A stretch of DNA of 64,000 bases from Eledone cirrhosa (taxonomy: Eukaryota): positions 23,994,001 to 24,058,000 of the forward strand of contig OZ024762.1 of assembly GCA_964016885.1 (NCBI GenBank). The letters run 5' to 3'. Shown here one piece after another: positions 13,537 to 25,449 of this stretch (within the stretch, counting starts at the first letter, position 1; each line of letters begins with the position of its first letter). The position numbers and the translations under genes were made by a program. The notes under the pieces are model-generated. The model saw only the letters and a program-made list of their open reading frames with translations, made no database searches and was not told where the DNA came from.

Positions 13537-14400
13537 CATCATCATCATCGTTTAACGTCTGTCTTCCACGCTAGCATGGGTTAGATGGTTTTGTTCCATT
13601 TGATGTGGGAATGGTCGGGAGACCATGTCTCGCTTGTAGAGAAGGGTCTCTGGCAGGTGTTTTTACAGCCCTTCCTAACACCAATCACATTTACAGTGTA
13701 GACTGGGAGTCTTTTTACTGTGTCTCGTACACGGCCACCTTACAATGTGGACTGTTGTGTGATCGACAGTGCACGGAACAGAAAAGGCAGGACGGGGTAG
13801 GGTGTGTGGGGTGGGGTGTACATTGTGTTAAGAAGTGCCTACTGACTGTAGGTGAGCAAGGTCAGTTTTTATCACCTCATCACAAGTTTTTCTTGGTCTA
13901 CCCACTCCGTAGCTTCCATCAATTTTCATTGCCCCGAACTTTTTCATACAGCTGTCATCCTTCATACGCATCACATGACCATACCAATGCAATCTCCTCT
14001 CCAGAACACAATATTTGATACCTCTTATGCTTAGTCTCTCTCTCAATTCTTTTATGCTTCGCCGTTTGCACACATTACTATTACACAGCCATCGGAGCAT
14101 GCAAGCTTCGTTTCTTTCTAATCTACGCAAGTCTTCAGCACACAATGCCCAGGTCTCACTACCATGTAATATCGCCATTTGTATACAAGCATCATAAATG
14201 TGCCTTTCACTTTTAGAGAGAAACCCCTTCTGGCCAACAGTGGTATAAGCTCTCTGAACTTTTTCCATCCCATTCTAACTCTGGCTGCAACACTTTCAGA
14301 GCACCCTCCTCCACTGCTGATTTTGTCACCCAGGTAACGGAAAGTGTCTACTATTTCTATAGAACCATCTGGGCAGTTGAAGGAGATAGATTTGGCAGAA
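13537..14400 (-). mobile_element. RTE LINE 3' region (degenerate RT C-terminal domain and UTR)
   Basis: FRYLG, LHGSETW, RRLHWYGHVMRM, GRPRKT motifs; (GAT)n tail. Confidence 0.9.
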
Positions 14401-14404
14401 TCTG

Positions 14405-14600
14405 TAGAGCATCGGACACCATGCTTACCAGTATAGAGTTATGACCCTTTACATTCTAAGTTCAAATCCTGCTGAGGTTAACTTTGTTTTTCATCCTTAC
14501 GGGGTCGATAAAATAAAGCACCAGTAATACACTGGGGTCGATTTAATTGACTTTCCCCTCCTCTAAAATTGTTGGCCTTGTGCCTAAATCAGAAAAAAAA
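14405..14600 (+). mobile_element. SINE S1
   Basis: Homologous to 878-1068. Confidence 0.8.
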
Positions 14601-14741
14601 TTATCATCATCTCCACACTGGCATGGGTTAGACGAGTTGTCCCATTGTGGGACAAGCCAGATCAGCTGACCATGTCTTGCTTATACAGAACTGTTTCTGG
14701 CTTGGATTCTATGGCAGGATGCACTTCCTAATGTCAACCTC

Positions 14742-14937
14742 ATTTACAGTGTGTACCGGGTGCTTTTTGTTGTACCTACACGACCACTTTACAGTGTGTA
14801 CCGGGTGCTTTTTGTTGTGGTCCCTACACGACCACTTTACAGTGTGTACTGGGTGCTTTTTGTTGTGGTACCTACACGACCACTTTACAGTGTGTACTGG
14901 GTGCTTTTTGTTGTGGTACCTACGCGACCACTTTACA
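14742..14937. repeat. 4x 48-bp tandem repeat from SINE/RTE tail
   Basis: Unit ctttacagtgtgtactgggtgctttttgttgtggtacctacacgacca. Confidence 0.85.
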
Positions 14938-15230
14938 TATCACATGTCCATACCAGTGCAGTCTTCTCTCCTGCACACACTACTTTTGATTCCTCTTATA
15001 CCCAGGTCTTTCTTGGTCTTCCTCTCCTGTGGCTTCTGTCCACTTCTTCAACCAATAATCATAATCCATACACATCACATGTCCACAGCAGCACAGTCTT
15101 TTTCTCTTGCATACCACTTCTAATTCCTCTTATACCGAGGACTCCCTTGGTCTTTCTCTCCTGCAGCTTCCTTCCGCTGGTATTTCTTGGCACTTCTTCA
15201 CTCTAGTGATCATTATCCATGTGCATAAAA

Positions 15231-15452
15231 TAGGGCGGTGGATTGGCAGTATCTGTGGAGGGTCGGACGCCATGCTTTCCAGCATAGTTACGTCCCTTAC
15301 GATGCATTGATGCATAGAGTTTCGGCCCTTGCCATTCTGAGTTCAAATCCCGCCGAGGTTGACTTTGCCTTTCATCCTTACGGGGTCGATAAAATAAAGT
15401 ACCAGTAATGCACTGGGTAATTGCTGGCCTTGTGCCTAAAGTAGAAACAATT
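15231..15452 (+). mobile_element. SINE S1 with 15-bp TSD
   Basis: attatccatgtgcat at 15212-15226 and 15450-15464. Confidence 0.85.
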
Positions 15453-15622
15453 ATCCATGTGCATCACATGTCCATCATCATCATCATCATCATTTAACAT
15501 CCATTTTCCACACTAGCATGGGTATGACGAGCTGTCCCTTAGTGAGAGATGAGGTCGGAGGACCGTGTTTCGCGCACACAGGATTGATTGGGGCTTGGTT
15601 TCCAGGAAGATGGTAAATTTAC

Positions 15623-15765
15623 TCTTGGAATTTACTCTCCCGTGAAGTGAATTGGATGAAAAAACTTGGGTAATGCTTGAGAGTAGAAGGTTCTTCTTCC
15701 TCTGGGATAGAACGCCAGTCCTTCTCGTGTTTAATTCCCTCCTGTAGCCCTATACTCATTTTCAG
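15623..15765 (-). CDS. Candidate coding exon with ATG at 15759 (MSIGLQEGIKHEKDWRSIPEEEEPSTLKHYPSFFIQFTSRESKFQ), product unknown
   Basis: Acceptor tctctctcctatctttctcAG, AAAATG context, only one open frame, donor GTAAAT, non-repetitive. Confidence 0.45.
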
Positions 15766-16028
15766 CTGAGAAAGATAGGAGAGAGAGAGACAGACACACA
15801 CATTGACATGGTTTTCGAAAGACTGTGAAATACACTGAGAACAGAAGCTTGAAAATAACCCCCACCCCACCCCACCCCACCCCACCCCCACCCCACCCCA
15901 CCCCACCCCACCCCACCCCCACACACTCCACCCCACAAAAAAACAAATACACAAAGAAAATTTGTTTAATGAATCAAAATTCAAAATTAACTTTGTTTAT
16001 ACACACACACATACATACATACATATAC

Positions 16029-16059
<31 letters not shown>

Positions 16060-16086
16060 CATATATATATACATATATATATATAT

Positions 16087-16343
16087 ATAATATATAAGAT
16101 CAAAAGATGGTTAAATGAGTTCCATGTATTTTATTATGCGCATTTCAAAAAAAAATATCATCATGCAATAACATTTGTGTTTTCATCAGATAAAATAGGA
16201 AGACATGATATGAAGGTTAAAAACACTTGTGGATAGTGTAGTTTTAAATCAACAAATGTTATTGCATGATGATATTTGTTTTTGAAATGCGCATAATAAA
16301 ATACATGGAACTCATTTAACTATCTTTTGATCTTATATATTAT
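16087..16343. repeat. Fold-back inverted repeat (~90-bp arms, ~70-bp spacer with partial CTGATGA motif)
   Basis: ataatatataagatcaaaagatggttaaatgagttccatg... mirrored; collapsed relative at 9630-9780. Confidence 0.85.
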
Positions 16344-16468
16344 GTATAGTCCAGTCCTACAAACTGTAGAGTGCTTCTTATCCGATATCTGCATTGCTTT
16401 ATTGTACTACTACAATAAAACTCACCTCCTATATATATATATATATATATATACTCATAATCAAAATA

Positions 16469-16538
16469 TATGCTTTATTATATATATTTCAAAGGTACTG
16501 TGTTGTTTTTTCAGTACGTCCTCATCAGACAAAATATA
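16469..16538 (-). ncRNA. Type I hammerhead ribozyme motif, family A variant
   Basis: Mirror image of 16649-16718. Confidence 0.7.
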
Positions 16539-16648
16539 TGGTTTGATATATGACATACCGCTACGGTCTTGATTATTCAATTCCAGTATTGGTAGTAATA
16601 CTGGAATTGAATAATCAAGACTGTAGTGTTATGTCATATATCAAATCA

Positions 16649-16718
16649 TATATTTTGTCTGATGAGGACGTACTGAAAAAACAACACAGTACCTTTGAAA
16701 TATATATAATAAAGTATA
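16649..16718 (+). ncRNA. Type I hammerhead ribozyme motif, family A variant
   Basis: tatattttgt-CTGATGA-ggacgtactg aaaaaacaaca cagtaccttt-GAAA-tatata-TA-ataaagtata. Confidence 0.75.
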
Positions 16719-16859
16719 TATTTTGATTATGAGAATATTTTTCATTTGTTAATATTTTGAATAATATTCAAAACTCCAGCAAAACCAACTGTTGAGTGCT
16801 TCTAATCTATTGTAAAATTGTATTCATTGAGTAATCAACGAACCACACTAATCTTTGGT

Positions 16860-16944
<85 letters not shown>

Positions 16945-18439
16945 ATATGTGTATATATGTGTGCGTGTGTGTGTATATATACAATATATATATATATACA
17001 ATATATATATATGTATATATATGTATATATACAATATATATATATGTATATATACAATATATATATGTATATATACAATATATATATATGTATATATATG
17101 TATATATACAATATATATATATGTATATATATATATACAATATATGTTTATGTATGTACAGATACACAAACATACATACATTCACACACTCATATACAAA
17201 CACACAAACACACACTCATATACAAACACACACACTCATATACAAACACAAACACACACTCATATACAAACACACACACTCATATACAAACACACAAACT
17301 CATATACAAATGCACACACTCATATACAAACGCACACACTCATATACAAACGCACACACTCATATACAAATGCACACACTCATATACAAATGTACACACT
17401 CATATACAAATGCACACACTCATATACAAACGCACACACTCATATACAAACACACACACTCATATACAAACACACACTCATATACAAACACACAAACTCA
17501 TATACAAATGCACACACTCATATACAAACACACACACTCATATACAAACACACACACTCATATACAAACACACACACTCATATACAAACACACACTCATA
17601 TACAAACACACAAACACATATACAAACACACAAACACACATATACAAACACACACACACATATACAAACACACACACTCATATACAAACACACACACTCA
17701 TATACAAACACACACACATACACAGGCTCATATACAAACACAAACAAACACACATGTAGAACAAATGAATTTATTGATGCTGAAATCTGTAGAATGGTCC
17801 ACTGTAGAGAACTTCACAGAGAATATTGTTACAAAAAGATAGAGTAGACTTGTTTCATGAACAATTACTGTGTTTATAATAAACAAGACACACGTGTGTG
17901 TGTGTATATATGTATATATATTGGGTCAAGTATGAAATTTGTAGTGAGGCATTAACAAACTTTGTTGTTTCTACAAATTTCATATTTGACGACCTAATAT
18001 ATACAGGGTGTCCAAAAAAAAAATGCATATACACTTCAACAGCATTCTAATAAATATTGTGTATACATACACACATATATATATATATGTGTGTGTGTGT
18101 ATATATGTACATATATATATACATATATATAAATATATATATGTACATATATATATATATATATATGTGTGTGTGTATATGTACATATATATATACATAT
18201 ATATAAATATATATATGTACATATATATATATATATACTTACATACATATATATACATATATATATACATATATTTATACATATATATATGTATATGTAT
18301 ATATATGTATATACATATATATATATATACATACATACATACATATATGCATATATGCATATATACACACACATTTTTTTGAATTTTTTGTGAGTTTTTT
18401 TTCTCAAATTTTTTTTCGAATTTGCTATATTGTTTATTT

Positions 18440-18515
<76 letters not shown>

Positions 18516-19010
18516 CCCAATAAAATATTTCCAGTTTAGTGTTGGCTGTGAAATGAGGTGAATCATAACAAATTTGCTGTGAATTTTTGTTGGCTTTTAT
18601 TCCTGATTTTATTATCAAAAAAAAAAAAAAGATGTGTGTTTGGGTATGTTTGTGTGCGTTAGTGTGTGTGTTTGTGTGTGTGTGTGGAAGGGTGTGTTTG
18701 TGTGTGTTAATGTTTGTGTTGGTGTTTGTGTATGTGTGTGTGTGTGGAAGGGTGTGTGTGTGTGTGGAAGGGTGTGTTTGTGTGTGTTAATGTTTGTGTT
18801 AGTGTTTGGGTGTGTGGGTGTGTGTGGGTGCGGAAGGGAGTGTTTGTGTGTGTTAATGTTTGTGTTAGTGTGTGTGTGTGTGCATGTGGAAGGGTGTGTT
18901 TGTGTGTGTTGATGTTTGTGTTAGTGTTTGTGTGTGTGTATGTGTATGTGTGTGTGTGTATGTGTGTATGTGTGTGTGTGTGTTAGTGTTTGTGTGTGTG
19001 GAAGGGTGTG
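16860..19010. repeat. Microsatellite field including a 20-bp cacactcatatacaaacaca minisatellite (17185-17750), (TA)n, (ATT)n and (TG)n
   Basis: Direct inspection. Confidence 0.9.
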
Positions 19011-19114
19011 TTTGGGTGAGTGGTGGTTGATATTTCTTCACAGCTTCATTACTCTACTCCATGCTGGCTAAAAACAAAGATTATGCATTATTTATTATTA
19101 TTATTAATTGACAA

Positions 19115-19295
19115 TAGAATCGGTAGAGCGTCGGACAACGTGCTATGCAGTGATAGAATTATGTCGCATAGAGTTACGGCCCTTTATGGTCTGAGTTCAA
19201 ATCCCGCCGCCGAGGTTATCTTTGCCATTCATCCTTACGGGGGTCGATAAAATAAAGTACCAGTAATACACTGGGGTCAATTTAATTGACTTTCC
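19115..19295 (+). mobile_element. SINE S1
   Basis: Homologous to 878-1068. Confidence 0.8.
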
Positions 19296-19304
19296 CAGGT
19301 CATA

Positions 19305-19342
<38 letters not shown>

Positions 19343-19352
19343 AACACACACG

Positions 19353-19384
<32 letters not shown>

Positions 19385-19525
19385 GGACAACATTACATGC
19401 ATGGGTGACTGGTGACTGTTGGTCTTCCACAGACAACCTTGCCCAGACCTGGGCCTCAGAGAGGAACTTTCTATGTGCAAATCCCAGGGTCATTCATGGC
19501 TGAAGGAGTCTTTACCTTTACCTGA

Positions 19526-19562
<37 letters not shown>

Positions 19563-19564
<2 letters not shown>

Positions 19565-19715
19565 AGAAAGATTTGGGGCCCGACAGCTGAGCTCCTGCCA
19601 CTTTTATAGCTAGTTTCAAAATGTTTGGAAGTCTGGAATTAGCTGTCAAACCAGCAAGAGCTCAGCTGTCGGGTCCCGAACTCTTACTAATATAGTCACA
19701 CTCTACTATCCCAAA
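19563..19715. repeat. Dispersed hairpin repeat family D (near-identical copy 20620-20775; relatives ~21455, ~37080-37240, ~61030-61180)
   Basis: ggggcccgacagctgagctc...gagctcagctgtcgggtccc. Confidence 0.8.
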
Positions 19716-19721
19716 CATTTT

Positions 19722-19772
<51 letters not shown>

Positions 19773-19967
19773 ATTATCGAGAATCGGAATCTCGGCCCAC
19801 GAAATAACGAAACACAATCTTCGAAATGCGTGGCAAAGGGCTCAATAGTTTGGATAAACCAGAGCTATAACTAACGTTTAAGTACCAACACATAGAGACA
19901 ATGCTTAAAATCATTCGCACAGCCGACAAAACGACCAGGAAAATTCGGGTCATACAAATAATAAATT

Positions 19968-20003
<36 letters not shown>

Positions 20004-20078
20004 TTTACGTCCGCTTCTCCCTGCTTGCAAGGGTGGGACGGGAACTAGCTATAAAATTAAATGAATGAAAAATCTTAC

Positions 20079-20160
20079 CTGGACCCGCTAGAGGAACGAT
20101 CGACTTTCGTCACATCGGACCGAGGGAACAAAGTTTCCGTTGGTCTTTCCAATTGCTAAT
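20079..20160 (-). other. Candidate 5' non-coding exon
   Basis: Strong donor CAG|GTAAGA, CpG-containing unique sequence upstream of the 15623-15765 exon; 5' end unknown. Confidence 0.25.
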
Positions 20161-20189
20161 ACTATCTATCGGTCGCAACTCCAGGTAGA

Positions 20190-20305
20190 AGGAGCAACGT
20201 GAAATAAAGTGTCTTGCTCAAGGACATAACGCATCGCCTGGTCCAGGAATCGAACTCACAACCTTACGATTGTGAATCCAATTCTCTAACCACTCAGCCA
20301 CACGC
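20190..20305 (-). mobile_element. CORE-type tRNA SINE 5' part
   Basis: TGGCTGAGTGG A box, GAGTTCGATTCC B box, tgtccttgagcaagacacttta CORE-like. Confidence 0.8.
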
Positions 20306-20584
20306 TAGAAGGATGTTAAATTCTAGGTTTTTGGTTTCTGCGGTTCCTAAATCAGTTACCGTCAGCTTTCATAAAAAATATCTGACTTCTGGTAAAATGA
20401 TGAACGAGGAAACCACTTTCTCAACAGGCATTTCGTTCAAAAATACAAAGGCACCCGTTACTAAATCCATGTGGGGTCTAGCAAGGGAGGGAACCCCTAT
20501 ATTAGGCGAATGAATTCAGTAGTGTATATATTTGTAAAACTACAAAATATCACATATCGAATTAGAGTTCTCAACAGACGGGTT

Positions 20585-20621
<37 letters not shown>

Positions 20622-20833
20622 AGAAAGATTTGGGGCTCGACAGCTGAGCTCCTGCCACTTTTATAGCTAGTTTCAAAATGTTTGGAAGTCTGGAATTAGC
20701 TGTCAAACTAGCAAGAGCTCAGCTGTCAGGGCCCCGAACTCTTACTAATATAGTCACACTCTACTATCCCAAATATCGAGTACTCTGATGAATAATGGTC
20801 TAACTCGTTTAGTTCTGGTTTAATCCTGATATA

Positions 20834-20874
<41 letters not shown>

Positions 20875-20932
20875 GTTTATCTCGGGTTCACTTGGGGGTA
20901 ACTACAGTAAGGTACTCAATACAGAGCAGAGT

Positions 20933-21273
20933 CATCATCATCATCATTTCATTTTACGTCCACTTTTCCCTGCTTGCAAGGGTGGGACGGGAACTGATTC
21001 TGGCTTGATTTCTACAGCTGGATGCCCTTCCTAACACCAACCTCATTTACAGTGAGTGCTGGGTGCTTTTTTGCCGTGGCACCTCCACGACCACTTTGCA
21101 GTGGAATGATAGGGACCCCAGTCCCTATCATCTCATTTCTACAGCTGAGTAAACTGGAGCAATGTGAAATAAAGTGTCTTGCTCAAGGAAACAACACATC
21201 ACCCGGTCTGAGAATTGAACTCACAACCTTTCGAATGCAAGGCCAATGCTCTAACCACTAAGCCATGTGCCTC
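20933..21273 (-). mobile_element. Full-length CORE-type SINE with RTE-like 3' tail
   Basis: tRNA head, CORE, gaagggcatccagc tail, (GAT)n; TSD cagagt at 20927-20932 and 21274-21279; inserted in a family-B element. Confidence 0.85.
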
Positions 21274-21622
21274 CAGAGTATAAATATTTAATATAAAAAT
21301 GGCTTCTACAGGACTAGAACTGTTTCATTCGGAAGAAATCATCAACAGTCCCGTAGAAGCCATTATATTAAATATAAAATATATATAAATATATATATAT
21401 GCCTTGCCTAAGTACAAAGCGAAGCCTACAGTCAGTAGGCACCTCTTAACCAAAAAAGATTCAAGACCCCGACGGCTGAGCTCCGGCCGTTTCCACAGCT
21501 ACTTCCCCAAGTATTGAGTACTCTGGTGGGTTATGGTCCACCTGGTATTTTACCACACCCTATCTGATATATATATATATATATATGTGTGTGTGTTTAT
21601 GTGTGTGTGTGTATGACCTGGG

Positions 21623-21790
21623 CAGGGCAGGATTAACCATTAAGAAAAATAAGCTTAGGGCATCAAGGAAATTAATTATATTGTCATCCCTCCACTCAAC
21701 AGTATTGTACCTCCCCACTCCCATATATAGAGGGGGGGGGGCATAATCTTTTACATGCTTAAGGCCTCAAAAAAACTTAATTCAGCTCTG
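21623..21790. mobile_element. MITE with CAG termini and 6-bp TSD
   Basis: cctggg|CAGGGCAGGATTAA...TTAATTCAGCTCTG|cctggg. Confidence 0.7.
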
Positions 21791-22121
21791 CCTGGGTCCC
21801 TAAATCACTTCCCTTACTGCAATGGAGACAAAGCTGGCCAAGCCCTAAAATGACCTCCTTAAGTTGGACTGGCTCTATCTGCTCCTTTAGCGTCTCTCCC
21901 TATCTATCTTCCTGGATAACAAATTCTCAATTCTGGCCACTGGGGCCATGAGCCAAAATTCACCCAATGGTTTTATTTTTTTGTTTGGCCAACGACATTG
22001 GAGCCTTATAGGGCAACAGGGATTTGAACTTAAACCATTAAGGACCACAATTATGTGCTGCAAAGCATGTTGTACGATGCTCTACCGATTTTTCCAATCC
22101 ATCTCCCTTGTAATGATTAAT

Positions 22122-22312
22122 AATTGTTTCTACTTTTGGCACAAGGCCAGCAATTATCCCAGTGTATTACTGGTACTTTATTTTATCGACCCCGTAAGGA
22201 TGAAAGGCAAAGTTAACCTCGGCGGGATTTGAACTCAGATCATAAAGGGCCGTAACTCTATGCTGCAAAGCATGGGGTCCGACCCTCTACCAATACTGCC
22301 AATCCACCGCCC
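22122..22312 (-). mobile_element. SINE S1
   Basis: Reverse complement of 878-1068. Confidence 0.85.
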
Positions 22313-22404
22313 TCTTGTAATAATTAATAATGATAGCTATAGTAGTTAGTATTAGTAGTTAGTATTAGTAGTTGTATAGCTATAGTATTAGTATCATCAA
22401 CAAC

Positions 22405-22739
22405 ATCATCATCATTTCATTTTACGTCCACTTTTCCCTGCTTGCAAGGGTGGGACGGGAACTGATTCTGGCTTGATTTCTACAGCTGGATGCCCTTCTT
22501 AACACCAACCTCATTTACAGTGAGTGCTGGGTGCTTTTTTGCCGTGGCGCCTCCACGACCACTTTGCAGTGGAATGATAGGGACCCCAGTTCCTATCATA
22601 TCATTTCTACAGCTGAGTAAACTGGAGCAATGTGAAATAAAGCGTCTTGCTCAAGGAAACAACACATCACCCGGTCTGAGAATTAAACTCACAGCCTTTC
22701 GATTGCAAGGCCAATGCCCTAACCACTAAGCCATGTGCA
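22405..22739 (-). mobile_element. Full-length CORE-type SINE
   Basis: Near-identical to 20933-21273. Confidence 0.85.
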
Positions 22740-22888
22740 GTATATAGTATAGTATTAATAATTGTTTCTACGTTAGGCACAAGTCCAGCAATTACCCAGT
22801 ACATTACTGGTACTTTTTTTATTGACCCCGTATAGTATTAATAATGATAGCTATAGTAGTTAGTATTAGTAGTTGTAATATTTCATAC

Positions 22889-24985
22889 TATTGGTGGTTG
22901 TACTAGTTAATATTGATGTTTATAATAATTAGTATTGGTGGTTGTACTAGTTAATATTGATGTTTATAATAATTAGTATCGGTGGTTGTACTAGTTAATA
23001 TTGATGTTTATAATAATTAGTATTGGTGGTTGTACTAGTTAATATTGATGTTTATAATAATTAGTATTAGAGGCTGTAATAGTTAATATTGATGTTTATA
23101 ATAATTAGTATTGGTGGTTGTACTAGTTAATATTGATGTTTATAATAATTAGTATTGGTGGTTGTACTAGTTAATATTGATGTTTATAATAATTAGTATT
23201 GGTGGTTGTACTAGTTAATATTGATGTTTATAATAATTAGTATTGGTGGTTGTAATAGTTAGTATTGATGTTTATAATAATTAGTATTGGTGGTTGTAAT
23301 AGTTAGTATTGATGTTAATAATAATTAGTATTGGTGGTTGTAATAGTTAATATTGATGTTTATAATAATTAGTATTGGTGGTTGTACTAGTTAATATTGA
23401 TGTTTATAATAATTAGTATTGGTGGTTGTACTAGTTAATATTGATGTTTATAATAATTAGTATTGGTGGTTGTACTAGTTAATATTGATGTTTATAATAA
23501 TTAGTATTGGTGGTTGTACTAGTTAATATTGATGTTTATAATAATTAGTATTGGTGGGTGTACTAGTTAATATTGATGTTTATAATAATTAGTATTAGAG
23601 GTTGTACTAGTTAATATTGATGTTTATAATAATTAGTATTGGTGGTTGTACTAGTTAATATTGATGTTTATAATAATTAGTATTGGTGGTTGTACTAGTT
23701 AATATTGATATTTATAATAATTAGTATTGGTGGTTGTACTAGTTAATATTGATGTTTATAATAATTAGTATTGGTGGTTGTACTAGTTAATATTGATGTT
23801 TATAATAATTAGTATTAGAGGCTGTAATAGTTAATATTGATGTTTATAATAATTAGTATTGGTGGTTGTACTAGTTAATATTGATGTTTATAATAATTAG
23901 TATTAGTTGTTGTACTAGTTAATATTGATGTTTATAATAATTAGTATTGGTGGTTGTACTAGTTAATATTGATATTTATAATAATTAGTATTGGTGGTTG
24001 TACTAGTTAATATTGATGTTTATAATAATTGGTATTAGAGGCTGTAATAGTTAATATTGATGTTTATAATAATTAGTATTGGTGGTTGTACTAGTTAATA
24101 TTGATGTTTATAATAATTAGTATTGGTGGTTGTACTAGTTAATATTGATGTTTATAATAATTAGTATTGGTGGTTGTACTAGTTAATATTGATGTTTATA
24201 ATAATTTGTATTGGTGGTTGTACTAGTTAATATTGATGTTTATAATAATTAGTATTGGTGGTTGTACTAGTTAATATTGATGTTTATAATAATTAGTATT
24301 GGTGGTTGTACTAGTTAATATTGATGTTTATAATAATTAGTATTGGTGGTTGTACTAGTTAATATTGATGTTTATAATAATTAGTATTGGTGGTTGTACT
24401 AGTTAATATTGATGTTTATAATAATTAGTATTGGTTGTTGTACTAGTTAATATTGATGTTTATAATAATTAGTATTGGTGGTTGTACTAGTTAATATTGA
24501 TGTTTATAATAATTAGTATTGGTGGGTGTACTAGTTAATATTGATGTTTATAATAATTAGTATTGGTGGTTGTACTAGTTAATATTGATGTTTATAATAA
24601 TTAGTATTGGTGGTTGTAATAGTTAATATTGATGTTAATAATAATTAGTATTGGTGGTTGTAATAGTTAGTATTGATATTTATAATAATTAGTATTGGTG
24701 GTTGTACTAGTTAATATTGATGTTTATAATAATTAGTATTGGTGGTTGTACTAGTTAATATTGATGTTTATAATAATTAGTATTGGTGGTTGTAATAGTT
24801 AGTATTGATGTTTATAATAATTAGTATTGGTGGTTGTACTAGTTAATATTGATGTTTATAATAATTAGTATTGGTGGTTGTAATAGTTAGTATTGATGTT
24901 TATAATAATTAGTATTGGTGGTTGTACTAGTTAATATTGATGTTTATAATAATTAGTATTGGTGGTTGTAATAGTTAGTATTGAT
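22889..24985. repeat. 44-bp AT-rich minisatellite, ~47 copies
   Basis: Unit tattggtggttgtactagttaatattgatgtttataataattag. Confidence 0.95.
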
Positions 24986-25014
24986 AACTGTAATAGGTAA
25001 TATTAGTGGTAATA

Positions 25015-25232
25015 ATGATTTCTTATATAGGCACAAAACCAGTGATTTGAAGGGGAGGGGAAGTTGATTAAATCGACCCCAGTGTATTACTGGTACTTTA
25101 TTTTATCGACCCCGTGGGGATGAAAGGCAAAGTTAACCTCGGCGGGGTTTGAACTCACATCGTAAAGGGCAGTAACTCTATGCTGCAAAGCATGGTGTCT
25201 GACTCTCTACCGATACTGTCAATCCAGTGCCC
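25015..25232 (-). mobile_element. SINE S1
   Basis: Reverse complement of S1. Confidence 0.85.
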
Positions 25233-25449
25233 TAATATTAGTGGTAATAAAAGTTAGTATTACTGGTAGTGGTAATAATAGTTAGCATTAGTTATTACAG
25301 GAGTTAGGTGGATGTCATAGATATTATTAGTGGCTATAATAGTTAGTATTACTGATTATGGTAGTTACTATTATTGGTAGTAATAGTTAGTATTAGTTGT
25401 TATAGTAGTTAAGTGGATGTAGTAGATATTATTAGTGACTATAATAGTG

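Larger units (their letters stand above)
16454..16733. repeat. 280-bp near-perfect palindrome carrying a hammerhead on each strand
   Basis: Centre ttccagtatt-ggtagt-aatactggaa. Confidence 0.9.

Noticed and set aside
20785-20800. CTGATGA matches here and at ~28357 and ~42938
   Set aside because: No stem II/GAAA/UH arrangement; chance or remnant
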